Below are positions 49,785-62,014 of a stretch of DNA of 64,000 bases, piece by piece. Each line of letters opens with the position of its first letter. The stretch's first letter is position 1. The translations under genes were made by a program, and so were the position numbers. The notes under the pieces were generated by a model that did no database searches, had not been told where the DNA came from, and saw only the letters and a program-made list of their open reading frames with translations. This DNA is from Chrysomallon squamiferum (taxonomy: Eukaryota; Animalia; Mollusca), in assembly GCA_012295275.1 (NCBI GenBank), contig CM022666.1:16492001-16556000 (forward strand), read 5' to 3'.

Positions 49785-49939
49785 AAGTTTCCGAATTACG
49801 CCGATGATTGACGTAATTTACCGAGTTGTGTCATTCAGAAACAGCGTTCATATCGGAAAATTGTAAACACCACGTGACTATACCTGACTGTACAGGTTGG
49901 TCAATACAAACTACTGTGTTAAATATTGAGTTCATACTT
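49785..49939 (+). promoter_or_regulatory. Conserved upstream Pol III promoter region of the vault-like genes (also at ~48312-48465, 51546-51678, 53171-53303)
   Basis: CACGTGAC at about -70, TATA-like GTTAAATAT at about -22, and a TTCCGA..TCGGAA inverted pair further upstream, present in all four copies. Confidence 0.6.
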
Positions 49940-50047
49940 GAGCTGGCTCTAGTCAAGTGGTTACTTCGTTTATACAAAAGATTCAACTGTCACTTGAGTC
50001 TAGTGGGTTCAAACCCACAGAGCCACTGACGCTGTCCAGTTCTTTTT
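49940..50047 (+). ncRNA. VTRNA: Vault RNA (vtRNA), copy 1
   Basis: GAGCTGGCTCTAGTCAAGTGGTTACTTCG..GGTTCAAACCC..CCACTGACGCTGTCCAGTTC-TTTTT. A box 49950-49960, B box 50006-50016, T5 terminator. Terminal stem GAGCTGG/CCAGTTC and inner stem GTCA-A-GTGG/CCAC-TGAC. Both ends resemble human vtRNA1-1 as recalled (GGCUGGCUUUAGCUCAGCGGUUACUUCG..CCGCGGGCGCUCUCCAGUCCUUUU). Confidence 0.87.
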
Positions 50048-50083
50048 AAATTATTTTTATTTTTATTTTTATTTTTATTTTTA

Positions 50084-50115
<32 letters not shown>

Positions 50116-50589
50116 TTTATTTTTATTTTTATTTTTATTTTTATTTTTATTTTTATTATTTTGTTTTGTTTGTTGAGAGGTTTCACGATGACTAGACTGG
50201 GTGGTATTAATACCTAAAATTTGGTTCGTCCCGTCTAAAGGGTAGCAGACTATAATAGCGTCACGTGACAAGGTGTTAATTATCTGAGACAGCTTAAACT
50301 ACTAAATAACTATTCTGTATCCACTAGAGAACAATAACTAAACAAGAATTCTATTTGGATAATTGTTTTATTATATATATAGATTTTATATAAATTAACC
50401 CTTAAGGGTAGCATGTAGTTAAATCGTATGATTCGACGATACACTGTAAAAGCAAATAGCTTTGATCAATAATACAAAAATAATTCAGCCCATATGTTTA
50501 CTTGATCTTTCTAAATAATCTTTTAATTATTGACATACGTTATCTTAGTTTTTAAGCGTAATAACACAATACAAATTCAACAGTAACAG

Positions 50590-50760
50590 ATTTAGCTATC
50601 TTCAATCATTCACTATGTATTTTAGGTTTAGATATCTTCAATCATTCACTATGTATTTTAGGTTTAGGTGTCTTCAATCATTCACTATGTATTTTAGGTT
50701 TAGCTTTCTTCAATCATTCACTATGTATTTTAGGTTTAGGTGTCTTCAGTCATTCACTGT
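50590..50760. repeat. 36-bp minisatellite (TCTTCAATCATTCACTATGTATTTTAGGTTTAG), ~5 copies; second array at ~52242-52412
   Basis: Read directly; present in both large repeat units. Confidence 0.9.
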
Positions 50761-51678
50761 GTATGTTACATATACAACACATTAAAACATATTTACCATT
50801 GTCTGTGTTTCCCTTTGTCTTGTGCAGGAGGCCTCAGACAACGTCTCTCAAGAAGGGCACCGATCAAAGAGATCTCGTTCAAAACGCGTGCTGCTACTGA
50901 TGTACATACCAATCGCACGGGTGTTCAATATACAGCTCTGCGAAAGCCTTTCTGAATTTACTTTGCAGCTTTTCATGCCAATTTTGAGTTTGTTAATCCC
51001 AGTGTTTCTTAGTTTATAAAATAACGGAACTTCCCCTAATTACATAATACAGCTTCTAAATAACCCATGTACGTCTGCATACGCTCTGCTGTTTAGTTTT
51101 TGTGTATTTTCAACCCATTCTCTGACATCAATTAGTTAAACATTTAAAAACTGTTAAAATATAAACTACAAGCATGATTATACAAGACAGCTAAATAAAT
51201 ATTACCGTAAAATAATAATATACTTAAGACAAAATGTAGCAGACATTCTGCTTTAAATGGGCATATAAAAATAAGTGTTTTGTGAATATTAGAAATTCAC
51301 TACATAGAAAACAAAATTACAATTAAAACCAAGTCTGGCAAAGAGGCACTAATGAGATTCCGTCACAAGAGGTTTGTGTTTTGTTTCAAGCAGGTGTATG
51401 TGTATTTAAATGTGCGTGTGTAATTGTTTGGGTATATAAGCTGATTATAAAAAAGTAAATGGATTTCGTGTTTACTGTTTGGTACAGTCAAGATATCTCA
51501 TCATAATCCTGTGTGTGTGCGTGCGTGTGTATTACCAGTGAGAGATTTCCGAATTATACCGATGAGTTCTTAATGACTATTAACGTTCGTATCGGAATAT
51601 TGTAAACATCACGTGACTATACCTGACTGTACAGGTTGATCAGTACAAACTACTGTGTTAAATATCGAGTTCATACTT

Positions 51679-51785
51679 GAGCTGGCTCTAGTCAAGTGGT
51701 TACTTCGTTTATACAAAACATTCAACTGTCACTTGAGTCTAGTGGGTTCAAACCCACAGAGCCACTGACGCTGTCCAGTTCTTTT
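51679..51785 (+). ncRNA. VTRNA: Vault RNA (vtRNA), copy 2
   Basis: Identical to copy 1 except for one base in the central loop (AAAACATTC vs AAAAGATTC); T4 terminator. Confidence 0.86.
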
Positions 51786-53303
51786 ATTATTATTATTATT
51801 ATTATTATTTTGTTTTTTTTTGTTGAGAGGTTTCACGGTGACTAGACTGGGTGGTATTACTACCTAAAATTTGGTTCGTCCCGTCTAAAGGGTAGCAGAC
51901 TATAATAGCGTCACGTGACAAGGTGTTAATTATCTGAGACAGCTTAAACTACTAAATAACTATTCTGTATCCACTAGAGAACAATAACTAATCAAGAATT
52001 CAATACGGATAATTGTTTTATTATATATAGAGATTTTATATAAATTAACCCTCAAGGGTAACACATAGTTAAATCGTATGATTCGACGATACACTGTAAA
52101 AGCAAATAGCTTTGATCAATAATACAAAAATAATTCAGTTGATTATGGTTACTTGATCTTTCTAAATAATGTTTTAATTATTGACATACGTTATCTTAAT
52201 TTTTAAGCCTAATAACACAATAAAAATTCAACAGTAACAGATTTAGCTATCTTCAGTCATTCACTATGTATTTTAGGTTTAGGTGTCTTCAATCATTCAC
52301 TATGTATTTTAGGTTTAGGTGTCTTCAATCATTCACTATGTATTTTAGGTTTAGCTTTCTTCAATCATTCACTATGTATTTTAGGTTTAGGTGTCTTCAA
52401 TCATTCACTGTGTATGTTACATATACAACACATTAAAACATATTTACCATTGTCTGCGTTTTCCTTTGTCTTGTGCAGGCGGTCCTCAGACAACGTCTCT
52501 CAAGATGGGCACCGATCAAAGAGATCTCGTTCAAAACGCGTGCTGCTACTGATGTACACGGGTGTTCAATATACAGCTCTTCAGACAGCCTTTCTGAATT
52601 TGCTTTGCAGCTTTTAATGCCAATTTTGAGTTTGTTAATCCCAGTTTTTCTTAGTTTATAAAATAACGGAACTTCCCCTAATTACATAATACAGCTTCTA
52701 AATAACCCATGTACGTCTGCATACGCTCTGCTATTTAGTTTTTATGTATTTTCCCCCATTCTCTGACATCAGTTAGTTAAACATTTAAGAACTGTAAAAA
52801 TATAAATTATAAGGATGATTATGCAAGACCGTAAAGTAATAAAATACTTAAGATAAAATGTTAGCAGACATTCTGCTTTAAATGGGCATATAAAAATAAG
52901 TGTTTTGTGAATATTAGAAATTCACTACATAGAAAACAAAATTACAATTAAAACCAAGTCTGGCAAAGAGGCACTAATAAGGTTCCGTCACAAGAGGTTT
53001 GTGTTTTGTTTCAAGCAGGTGTATGTGTATTTAAATGTGCGTGTGTAATTGTTTGGGTATATAAGCTGATTATAAAAAAGTAAATGGATTTCGTGTTTAC
53101 TGTTTGGTACAGTCAAGATATCTCATCATAATCCTGTGTGTGTGCGTGCGTGTGTATTACCAGTGAGAGATTTCCGAATTATACCGATGAGTTCTCAATC
53201 ACTATTAACGTTCGTATCGGAACATTGTACAGATCACGTGACTATACCGGGCTGTACAGATTGGTCAGTACAAACTACTGTGTTAAATATCGAGTTCATA
53301 CTT

Positions 53304-53411
53304 GAGCTGGCTCTAGTCAAGTGGTTACTTCGTTTATACAAAACATTCAACTGTCACTTGAGTCTAGTGGGTTCAAACCCACAGAGCCACTGACGCTGTC
53401 CAGTTCTTTTT
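53304..53411 (+). ncRNA. VTRNA: Vault RNA (vtRNA), copy 3
   Basis: Transcribed region identical to copy 2; T5 terminator. Confidence 0.87.
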
Positions 53412-53430
53412 AAATTATTTTTATTTGTAT

Positions 53431-53586
<156 letters not shown>

Positions 53587-53786
53587 TATTACCTGTATCT
53601 ACTTCTATTACCGAGTTTTAAAACAAAATCTAAAATCCAAAATATATATGAGTGTATAGAGGAGGGAATTAATAAAAAGAAGTAAAAAAATATTTCAGAT
53701 TTACGTCTGTTCATCTGTAAATATTTGTAGTCTCGTAAACTGCACGTGATAAACTTTCAGAACAGACATATCATACATTTCATTAA

Positions 53787-53824
<38 letters not shown>

Positions 53825-54126
53825 AAGACAAAAAAGAATAAAGGAAAAATGAATAAATGACACGCTTCATTTCATCACACGTACAAACGGTAGCCTGACA
53901 CTGAACTTTTAGTCGAGTGCATTTGATCTTCTGTCCTTGAAAGAAGCCAGGAAACTTCTTTACTTATTAATTCATAACCTTTCCAGACAGCGACTCGACT
54001 AATACTCAGATATGTGATGACGTATCCAGGATTTCCGCTGAAGCTCCTGTTGAAATCACTTTACGTCAACTTTTAAAATTAGAAAAGAGGGAATGGGCCC
54101 GGATCGAAGGATTATATAAATTACAG

Positions 54127-54677
54127 ATGGCTCGGATGAAAAATCAAAAGACAAATAATCCTCAAGGTGAAAAGAAGCAAAAGGGACCGAAAACTTCAGT
54201 TTATTATTTTTACGAGAACAAATCAGTAAATTTAAGTCAGTTTGCACAAAATATGTCTATTGTTTTACCAGCCAGTTTAAAGATGAGTATGGAAATGTTG
54301 ACAGACAGCTACAGCGACGTCAGTGACGTGATGACGACGACTGAAACAGGGTGGATAGATGTGGGTGTGAGTTGTGAAAAAGACTACACTGTTGAAAAAT
54401 TCCACAGAAATGCTGACCTGCTTCTGAACAAAACTCAGATGAAATAAAATTTGCCTGGACAGAGCGACACACGGACAAACGAGTTGAACGACAGCGAGGA
54501 ATATCAGACTGTCTGAATGTGTCGGTGACTGCTGTTTTAAACTACCAGTGTCTTACAGACTCACACAATGCTCCCAGAAGAATACCATTTCGTGATTTAG
54601 AAAAGATAAATGTAAAGATATTTTCACGGAGACTACGTCGACTGGAATTAGCAAGTGTTGAGAACTTTTTAGTTTAA
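54127..54677 (+). other. Orphan coding-like segment: 106-aa ORF overlapped by a second 86-codon open frame (possible frameshifted ~180-aa exon/gene)
   Basis: ORF 54127-54447 and stop-free frame 54417-54677 (..KFAWTERHTDKRVERQRG..RRIPFRDLEKINVKIFSRRLRRLELASVENFLV*). Non-repetitive and GC-richer than the flanks; ATG preceded by TTACAG. No family recognised. Confidence 0.35.
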
Positions 54678-55588
54678 AAAAAAAACAATCATTTCATTCT
54701 TCAAGAGACGCGAACAGAGAAGAAATTTGTGTAGTCATATTTATTATTATTATTAGAGATTTGTCTTAATATTATGTTCGTATGTATGTATGTATGAATG
54801 TATGCGTACATGTATGTATGTATGTATGTATGCGTGTATTCACTTATTTATTTATGTATTCATTCATTCATCTACTTTTCGTCTGGTAAACATTTCATCG
54901 GTTAATTTATTTTTCTTGGTGATTTTTAAAATTTTACTTATTTATATTTATTTTTCCATGTCATTTCATTCGTCTGTTCATTCATTAATATTATTTATTT
55001 GTGACATTTTGTCACTGAAATCCCAACAACGCACAATTATTTTTTTCAAAACTGTCTCAACATAAATCAACCATGAAAATGTGTTGTGAACTTATCTTGT
55101 CTCAAAACATAATTTATTTATTTATAACTGCATTTATTTATTATTTATATTTTGTTTTATGTATGTTTCTTTCTTTCTTTCTTTCTTTCTTTATTATTTA
55201 TATTTTCTTTTGTATGTTTTGTTCTTTCTTTCATTCTTTCTTTCTTCCTTCCTTTTTTTTTTTTCTTTCCCTCTTTATTTATTTATTTATTTAATCGATA
55301 GAAAATACCTAGGACGAAGAAAATGTGATTGTTGAAAACAAATTTAAAAGTGACGTTTAATTATGTTCAGTGTTATTGTATGCGCTATGTTGTATATTCT
55401 TCAGTTTATATATTTAACTGTTGCTGTTGTGACCTGCTTTTTATAGGTGGTTGATTATTGTATTAATTACTTATTTATTAAGGTGCAAAACTTTTTATTT
55501 TGTACCTTTTATATTTACACTGAAATTTATTGTTTTTACTTGTTTTGACAAATAAAATATTTTATATATATATAAAAAAAAAAAATCG

Positions 55589-55652
55589 TCGTTTTTATAA
55601 AACATTCAAAGATCACTTGAGCTTATAGGCTCAAATACACAGAACCATTGTC

Positions 55653-55653
<1 letters not shown>
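55589..55653 (+). pseudogene. Degenerate vault-RNA-like relic
   Basis: TCGTTTTTATAAAACATTCAAAGATCACTTGAGCTTATAGGCTCAAATACACAGAACCATTGTCC aligns by eye with the centre and 3' part of the intact copies. It is followed, as they are, by (TTA)n and then GTCACGTGA. Confidence 0.65.
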
Positions 55654-55700
<47 letters not shown>

Positions 55701-56586
55701 GTGCAGACGTCACGTGATTCCGTTTAATAATAGCTAACAATAGACGTTGCTATGGTTCAAATGCAAGTCACGATGTTCGTAAAATCAGTTTTATAAACAT
55801 CTGACGAGGCTAAACTTAGATTATTTACAAGTTAAGTAGGAATTAACTGTCTTTGTAAATACAGTTTTAATCATAGGCTGGTATTACTCATTTACTAATT
55901 CGTTGTAATTATGGCCGAAGAAGGCACCAGATAATATACTGCAAACAGTAGTTACAGTAACAAAAAATTCTTCTTCTTCTTTTATTATTTATTTATTTAT
56001 TTATTTGGTGTTGGTTTATTTGTAGTTAGCGGCAGTAAAGTTAGTGTTATTCCATTACATTAACAGACTGAGTCTCCAACAGTTAACTAGTTTGTATCGC
56101 AACACTGTACATAAATATATCAGTGCACTTATAAATACATATAAGTATATCGCAGATACACTAACTCGATCAATAAATAATAAATAATGTGAAATACATT
56201 ATCGTATTTAATCTTAGAACGCTTTAAAAATTTAAATGATATCATATTCGTTATAATTACGAAATAAAAATAATATTTAGTGATATATAAAATTAAACAA
56301 ACCCATAAAATATATAACTTTGTATTATGTTCCTTTTTTAAAAATTAAATTAATAAATTAATATTAATAGTATTTAGTAATGAATGTAACGTTCTAATAT
56401 AATATCACAAATAAATAAAATTGTTGTATTTGTTTGATCAATGTCACTTAATGTCTGTATGTATGAAAGAGACACGCACATACACAGAGACAGAGACAGA
56501 GACACAGAGAGAGAAAAAGGCAAAATATAGATACACAGAAAGATAGATGCAGAGAAACAAAGAGACAGACAAACAGACAAACAGAC

Positions 56587-56692
<106 letters not shown>

Positions 56693-57553
56693 GTTGAATG
56701 TATGTTCATAATATTATGTGTATGACTGTGTATATCTGTGTGTACATATTTGTTGATGTTTACGTGTTTATGTGCGTACATACATATTAGTATGTATCTA
56801 TATGACTGTATTTATGTACATGTATGTGTGTCTATGTTTGTCTGTCTGTGTGGCTGTTTGTACGTCTGTGTATTAGAACATTTTTAAAACTTGATAAAGT
56901 TTTCACTTCAAGTACTCAGTTGTGATATTCTTGCTATCCCTTTAACTCAACATGTGAAAAACATTCCATCCATCCTTTTAACATATCATGTCACTGTATC
57001 TTCATATAGAAAATAAAAACACTGAAAGTGAGTGTCAATCATAGATCTAAGAGACCGCCTCTGTAATTTTTGTCCAATCAAAAATAAGCATTTTCATCCT
57101 GTGTTTTATCATAATGTTTCAAACTCAGTAAAAAAAAAAAAAAAAAAAAAAAAAATTACAGCAAACTTTAATACTCTAGTAGAACCTTTAATAATGAATA
57201 AAATTTGCAACATGCATTTATCACTGTTTCTTTTTTTTTAATTTAATAAAATTACAAAACGATTTGGATATTTTAAATTTTGATTTTTATCACATGTAAG
57301 CAATTAGGAGATTGAATTGTGTAATTCTAAATTGTGGTATGAAAATTTTCTTTAAATGTGCCACAGTAAATAATAAAATTTTCAAATCTTCTCAATATAT
57401 ATTTATAATGAATGTATACTTATCTTTCTAAACTTAAAAACATTTAATCATTTATTTCTAAATTTGTATATATACCCAAATATATTTCCTTATTAACACA
57501 TTTTCATGTATTCTTCTTCTTCTCCTTCTTTTTTCTTCTTCTTCTTTCTTCTT

Positions 57554-57584
<31 letters not shown>

Positions 57585-57731
57585 TTCTTCTTATTCTTCT
57601 TATTATTATTATTATTATTATTATTACATATATTATTATTTTAATGTAGACAATATTGATTATTAAATTATATTAAATAAAAAACACAGTAATAAACAAA
57701 TTATATTTTATAAATGATTGGGGAATGTCAA

Positions 57732-57792
<61 letters not shown>

Positions 57793-58436
57793 AATAAAAT
57801 GAACGAATAAATAGATAGGAAAACGAATAAAAACATTTAAAAAAAAGTAAATTTAATTATTAAGTGAGAGAAAATTAAATAAGGAAATAAATATATAAAT
57901 CTGTATTATCTTTTTATTTCAATTCTTATAATTCATGACACCATCATAATCATCATGAACGTGAAAAATATTTTGTTTTTGTAAACTGAAGAAATTAAAA
58001 ATCTTATTCAGACATTTACGACCTTCTCTCTCCAACTCAGGTGTAATTAAACATCCCATAAACTAAACTGTTATTTTCAGCATGGTTAAAGTACGCCTAC
58101 CTGCCCTGACTGAGAATATTGATCTGAGGTAATTAATTTTATCATCCGTTCGTCCGTGAATAATATACAAAAGCTAAATAAAAAAAATACAATTAAATAA
58201 AATAATAATACTTTTAGAATTAAATATAAAGCGAAACGAAATAAAATAAAATAAAATCAACATACAAACAAACAAACGAACAAGCGAACAAATAAACAAG
58301 AAAAAAGTATAATAATATAATAAATTAATAAAATAAAAAAAATTAATTACAGTAACACATATTTCAATGAAACATAGCTCAGTTGATTTATAAAAGACAC
58401 TAAACAAATACTATCAAATTATTTTTTATTTGCTTC

Positions 58437-58496
<60 letters not shown>

Positions 58497-59364
58497 TTCG
58501 TAGTTTTTATTACTATTTTTTATAATTTCTTTTATTATTTTATTATTACTTTTTATTGTTATCGACAGAAATAACATTATTAGCAGTATAGTTGTAGTAG
58601 TAGTAATAGTAGTAGTAGCAGTAATAGTAGTATTAGTAGTAGTAGTAGTAGTAGTAGTAATAGTTGTAGCAATCATAGTAGTAACAGTAATATTTGAGGT
58701 AGTAGAAAAAATGAAAGAAGATATATAAAATATTTTTGTTATTATTTTTCTCTCGAAAGAGGTCTAGACACAAATATAATTTTTATTTAAAAAATATCTC
58801 GTAGTTGCATTGTCAACACAACAGGTGTTGTAAATAAAACGAAATGGAGTTATTTAAAATGTTTAACAAATTCCTCCATTCTGCCACTCCGCAAATTACA
58901 GCCCCGGGCTGTCAGCTCCGCGCAAACAGTCATTCTTCTCTCTCATTGGCTGTTAACTGCGAAAAGACGTAAGTTTAAAGCCAGCTGAGAAAAAAGTTAA
59001 TATTTCTTTTCATTAATGTATGAATAGATTTGTATTCAATGGGTTTTTTTTCATATTCATCTTCAGATGCGAGTATTCAAAGATTTTCAAACTTACCAAT
59101 GAAGGGATACAAATAATTGAAAATTTCACGACGATAGCGTGAAGATTGAAATGTTTATCTCTACCAGACAGACACAGAAATCTTAATTAAAAGTAAATAT
59201 CAAGTTCTTACAGTGTACGTAGAAATCAAAAAGTTTACAAACTGATAAAAAAAAAAAAAAAATGTGTCCTCAACGTGTCAAAACGATTTGCCTGATATAT
59301 TTCATTCAGTTAGAAAACTATACGGCCTACGCAATATAATTTTTATCCTAAAAAGAAGCTTCAC

Positions 59365-59418
<54 letters not shown>

Positions 59419-59446
59419 ATAAACAAACAACTGAAAAAATACAACA

Positions 59447-59552
<106 letters not shown>

Positions 59553-60066
59553 ATATATATAAACAAATTAATTTACTTTTCTAATCAGTTTTAGATGAAT
59601 TTATTGTAATATATAAATATATCAGTCTTTATTTCTGTGTTACTGTTGTTTTTTTTTTTGTTTCTCCGTCATGTCTGTCTATCTACATCTCGGATCATTG
59701 CTGCTGAAGAAGAAAGAGGATACTTTGTGTGATCGAATTTGAGCGAGAAGAAAATTACATTTGTTTAACGACACGAAGCTAATACAGCCGCCTTGTAGCA
59801 GACACAACGTTTACAGTAATTATTCATTTTACTTAAAATCACACTGGCATGGCTATCGTTTTCATGCTAGTCTTAAAAGAAAGAAAATTGAATCAAATTT
59901 GCGTTAAATGGTTTGTAAAAGAAGGTATCTTGTCTGCTGTCTTAAAAAAAAAAAAAAAAAAAAAAATACCCAGAAAAAAACAGAAAAGAAAATAAACGAA
60001 AAAAAGGAAAGAAAGTAAAAAAAGTCAGTTTAAGTAAAAATAACGGCAAACAAGTAATGATGGTAT

Positions 60067-60182
<116 letters not shown>

Positions 60183-60439
60183 AATATAACAATGTGAAAA
60201 AAGAAATCGTATTTTACTAAGGGAAAAGAAAAATAATAATAAAAGGAAGTAAGAAATAAAAAAACGAAGGAATGATCAACAAAGAAATGACTAATGAAAG
60301 AAAGAAGATTATGAATAATCTAAGCATGTTTAAACAAAACAAATGATGTTGAACATTCTAGAAATATTTTCAACATGATCTCAGCTTCAGACATGATGTA
60401 TGTGTACAATGTTAGTGACGAATAGTTATTAAAATACGT

Positions 60440-60655
60440 CACTGCACTGAAATGTTTTTAATTTTATAAACTGTTTCTGACGCGGTTGACGGAAACTGGT
60501 AAGATAAATGAAGGAAATAATTCGAAAAGACAACATCCAGTGAACTGTAGTTTTTATCAGTTTCTGATCTGTTAAAATTCCGAGAATTAATTTTTAAACA
60601 CGACAAAATGGCGAATATGTCGATCTCCATATCAAGTAATTCAGAGTCAAAACGT

Positions 60656-60705
<50 letters not shown>

Positions 60706-61300
60706 ATTTTTTATTATATTCTTGATTATATAATTACTTCTTGCTTATATAAACTTTTATCAGTGCAGTATTAGAAAAGTACAGAAATAATTATAAATTA
60801 CACTGTTTGCCAATCATCATCATCATTATTAATATTACTACAGTTGTTTTTGCTATTGTTATTTTATTGTTGATGTTAAGTTATCATTATTATTACATTG
60901 TTGTTGTTACTTTATCAAACGTGCGGTGTTACAGATAAGATCGGTGAAGCAACTATTACCAGTGTGTGATGACGTCACTACCACACACATGTGTTACTCC
61001 TTTTGTCTCGCAGAAGACGTCTCAACGCTGACTCGTTCCAGATGACGATTACGACATCGACGACGTTTTATTTTCACATACCTGTCGATTTATCGCCAGC
61101 GCATGCATTCCGCGTAACCAAAACCATCACGATGGAACGCGCACGTCACACAAACAGAAGCAGACGATCGACTCAGGGCGGGCATCGTGGTCACGTGCTG
61201 TGCACGCGAATGGCTCTACATTCCTGCTAGAATTCTCGCGACGTATGCCAGACTTAATTGTTGAAATGTGGGACTAGCAGAGGGAGGTATGCAGCACTCA
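60440..61300. promoter_or_regulatory. CpG-rich promoter/enhancer-like region with no gene assigned inside the window
   Basis: Perfect CRE TGACGTCA (60970-60977), E-box GTCACGTG (~61190), YY1-like AAAATGGCG (~60605), TCTCGCGA (~61235) and dense CpG. Confidence 0.4.
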
Positions 61301-61515
61301 GATGCTCTTACAGAAGTATGTTGTTGATTGGTGAAGTGCACAAACATGGCGACACTTAGAATAGAATGGATCTCACTCCAGATATTTTTTTTTTCTTTTT
61401 CCTCTTTGAACATTTGACAATTATATAATAATAGTGTGGTTTATCTGAATTTCTGTTCTTTTTTTCTTTCCCCCCCTTTCTTTCATTCTTTCTTTTCTTT
61501 TCTTTTCTTTTCTTT

Positions 61516-61547
<32 letters not shown>

Positions 61548-61983
61548 TATTTATTTTCTTGAATGATATAAATCTTTAAATTGTTGTCTGATAAACTGGA
61601 ATGTGTATAATAATTTACAAATTCACAGATTAAATTAGTTCCGTCATATAATTAAATCCAAAGCTTGCTTTCCACAAATAGCCCAAAAAGGGTAAGTGAT
61701 ATATATATGTTTATTTGTCCGGGGAAGTTATACAAAAGATTACTTGCTGGTGATGGTAAAAGTCAGTTCATTCTGACTGCCTGTTTTTAGTTATGTGTGT
61801 TTATCCTTAATTAGATTTAAATAAGAATTAAAAATGTTTTCAGGCTATTGTTAATTTATTTATATTTTCTTGTATATCTATTTATTTATTTATTATTATT
61901 ATGTTGTTGTTGTTGTTTTCCTCCTCCTCCTCCTTCTTCTTCTTTTTCTTCTTCGTCTTCTTCTTCTTCTTCTTCTTCTTCTT

Positions 61984-62014
<31 letters not shown>

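Larger units (their letters stand above)
49785..53415 (+). repeat. Tandem segmental repeat carrying the small-RNA genes (periods 1739 and 1625 bp; two full units plus part of a third)
   Basis: 49785-51545 and 51546-53170 are highly similar throughout; 53171-53415 is a third promoter plus gene. Confidence 0.95.

Noticed and set aside
49944-50025. tRNA gene (including tRNA-Sec, because of the central TTCAA)
   Set aside because: A/B boxes, a T-arm-like hairpin and an acceptor-like stem exist, but there is no D stem or anticodon stem. Complementarity extends outside the tRNA-like part to the terminator, and both ends match vault RNA.
49826-50029. Repeated short ORFs (HVTIPDCTGWS..) at 48252, 49826 and 53136
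   Set aside because: They are translations of the small-RNA promoter and gene, with non-ATG or variable starts and indels between copies.
49940-50047. tRNA-derived SINE or Y RNA
   Set aside because: The oligo-T terminator directly follows the 3' stem, upstream flanks are shared and copies are tandem rather than dispersed, which argues against a SINE. The Ro60-binding stem of Y RNAs is absent, and Y RNAs lack internal A/B boxes.
50740-51019. ORFs / exon-like segment inside the large repeat unit (also 52414-52661)
   Set aside because: An acceptor-like site exists, but indels between the two copies break the frames and no protein family is recognisable.
53788-53823. Poly(A) tail of a retrocopy
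   Set aside because: No recognisable upstream retroposed body or target-site duplication, and long A/T runs are common throughout the window.
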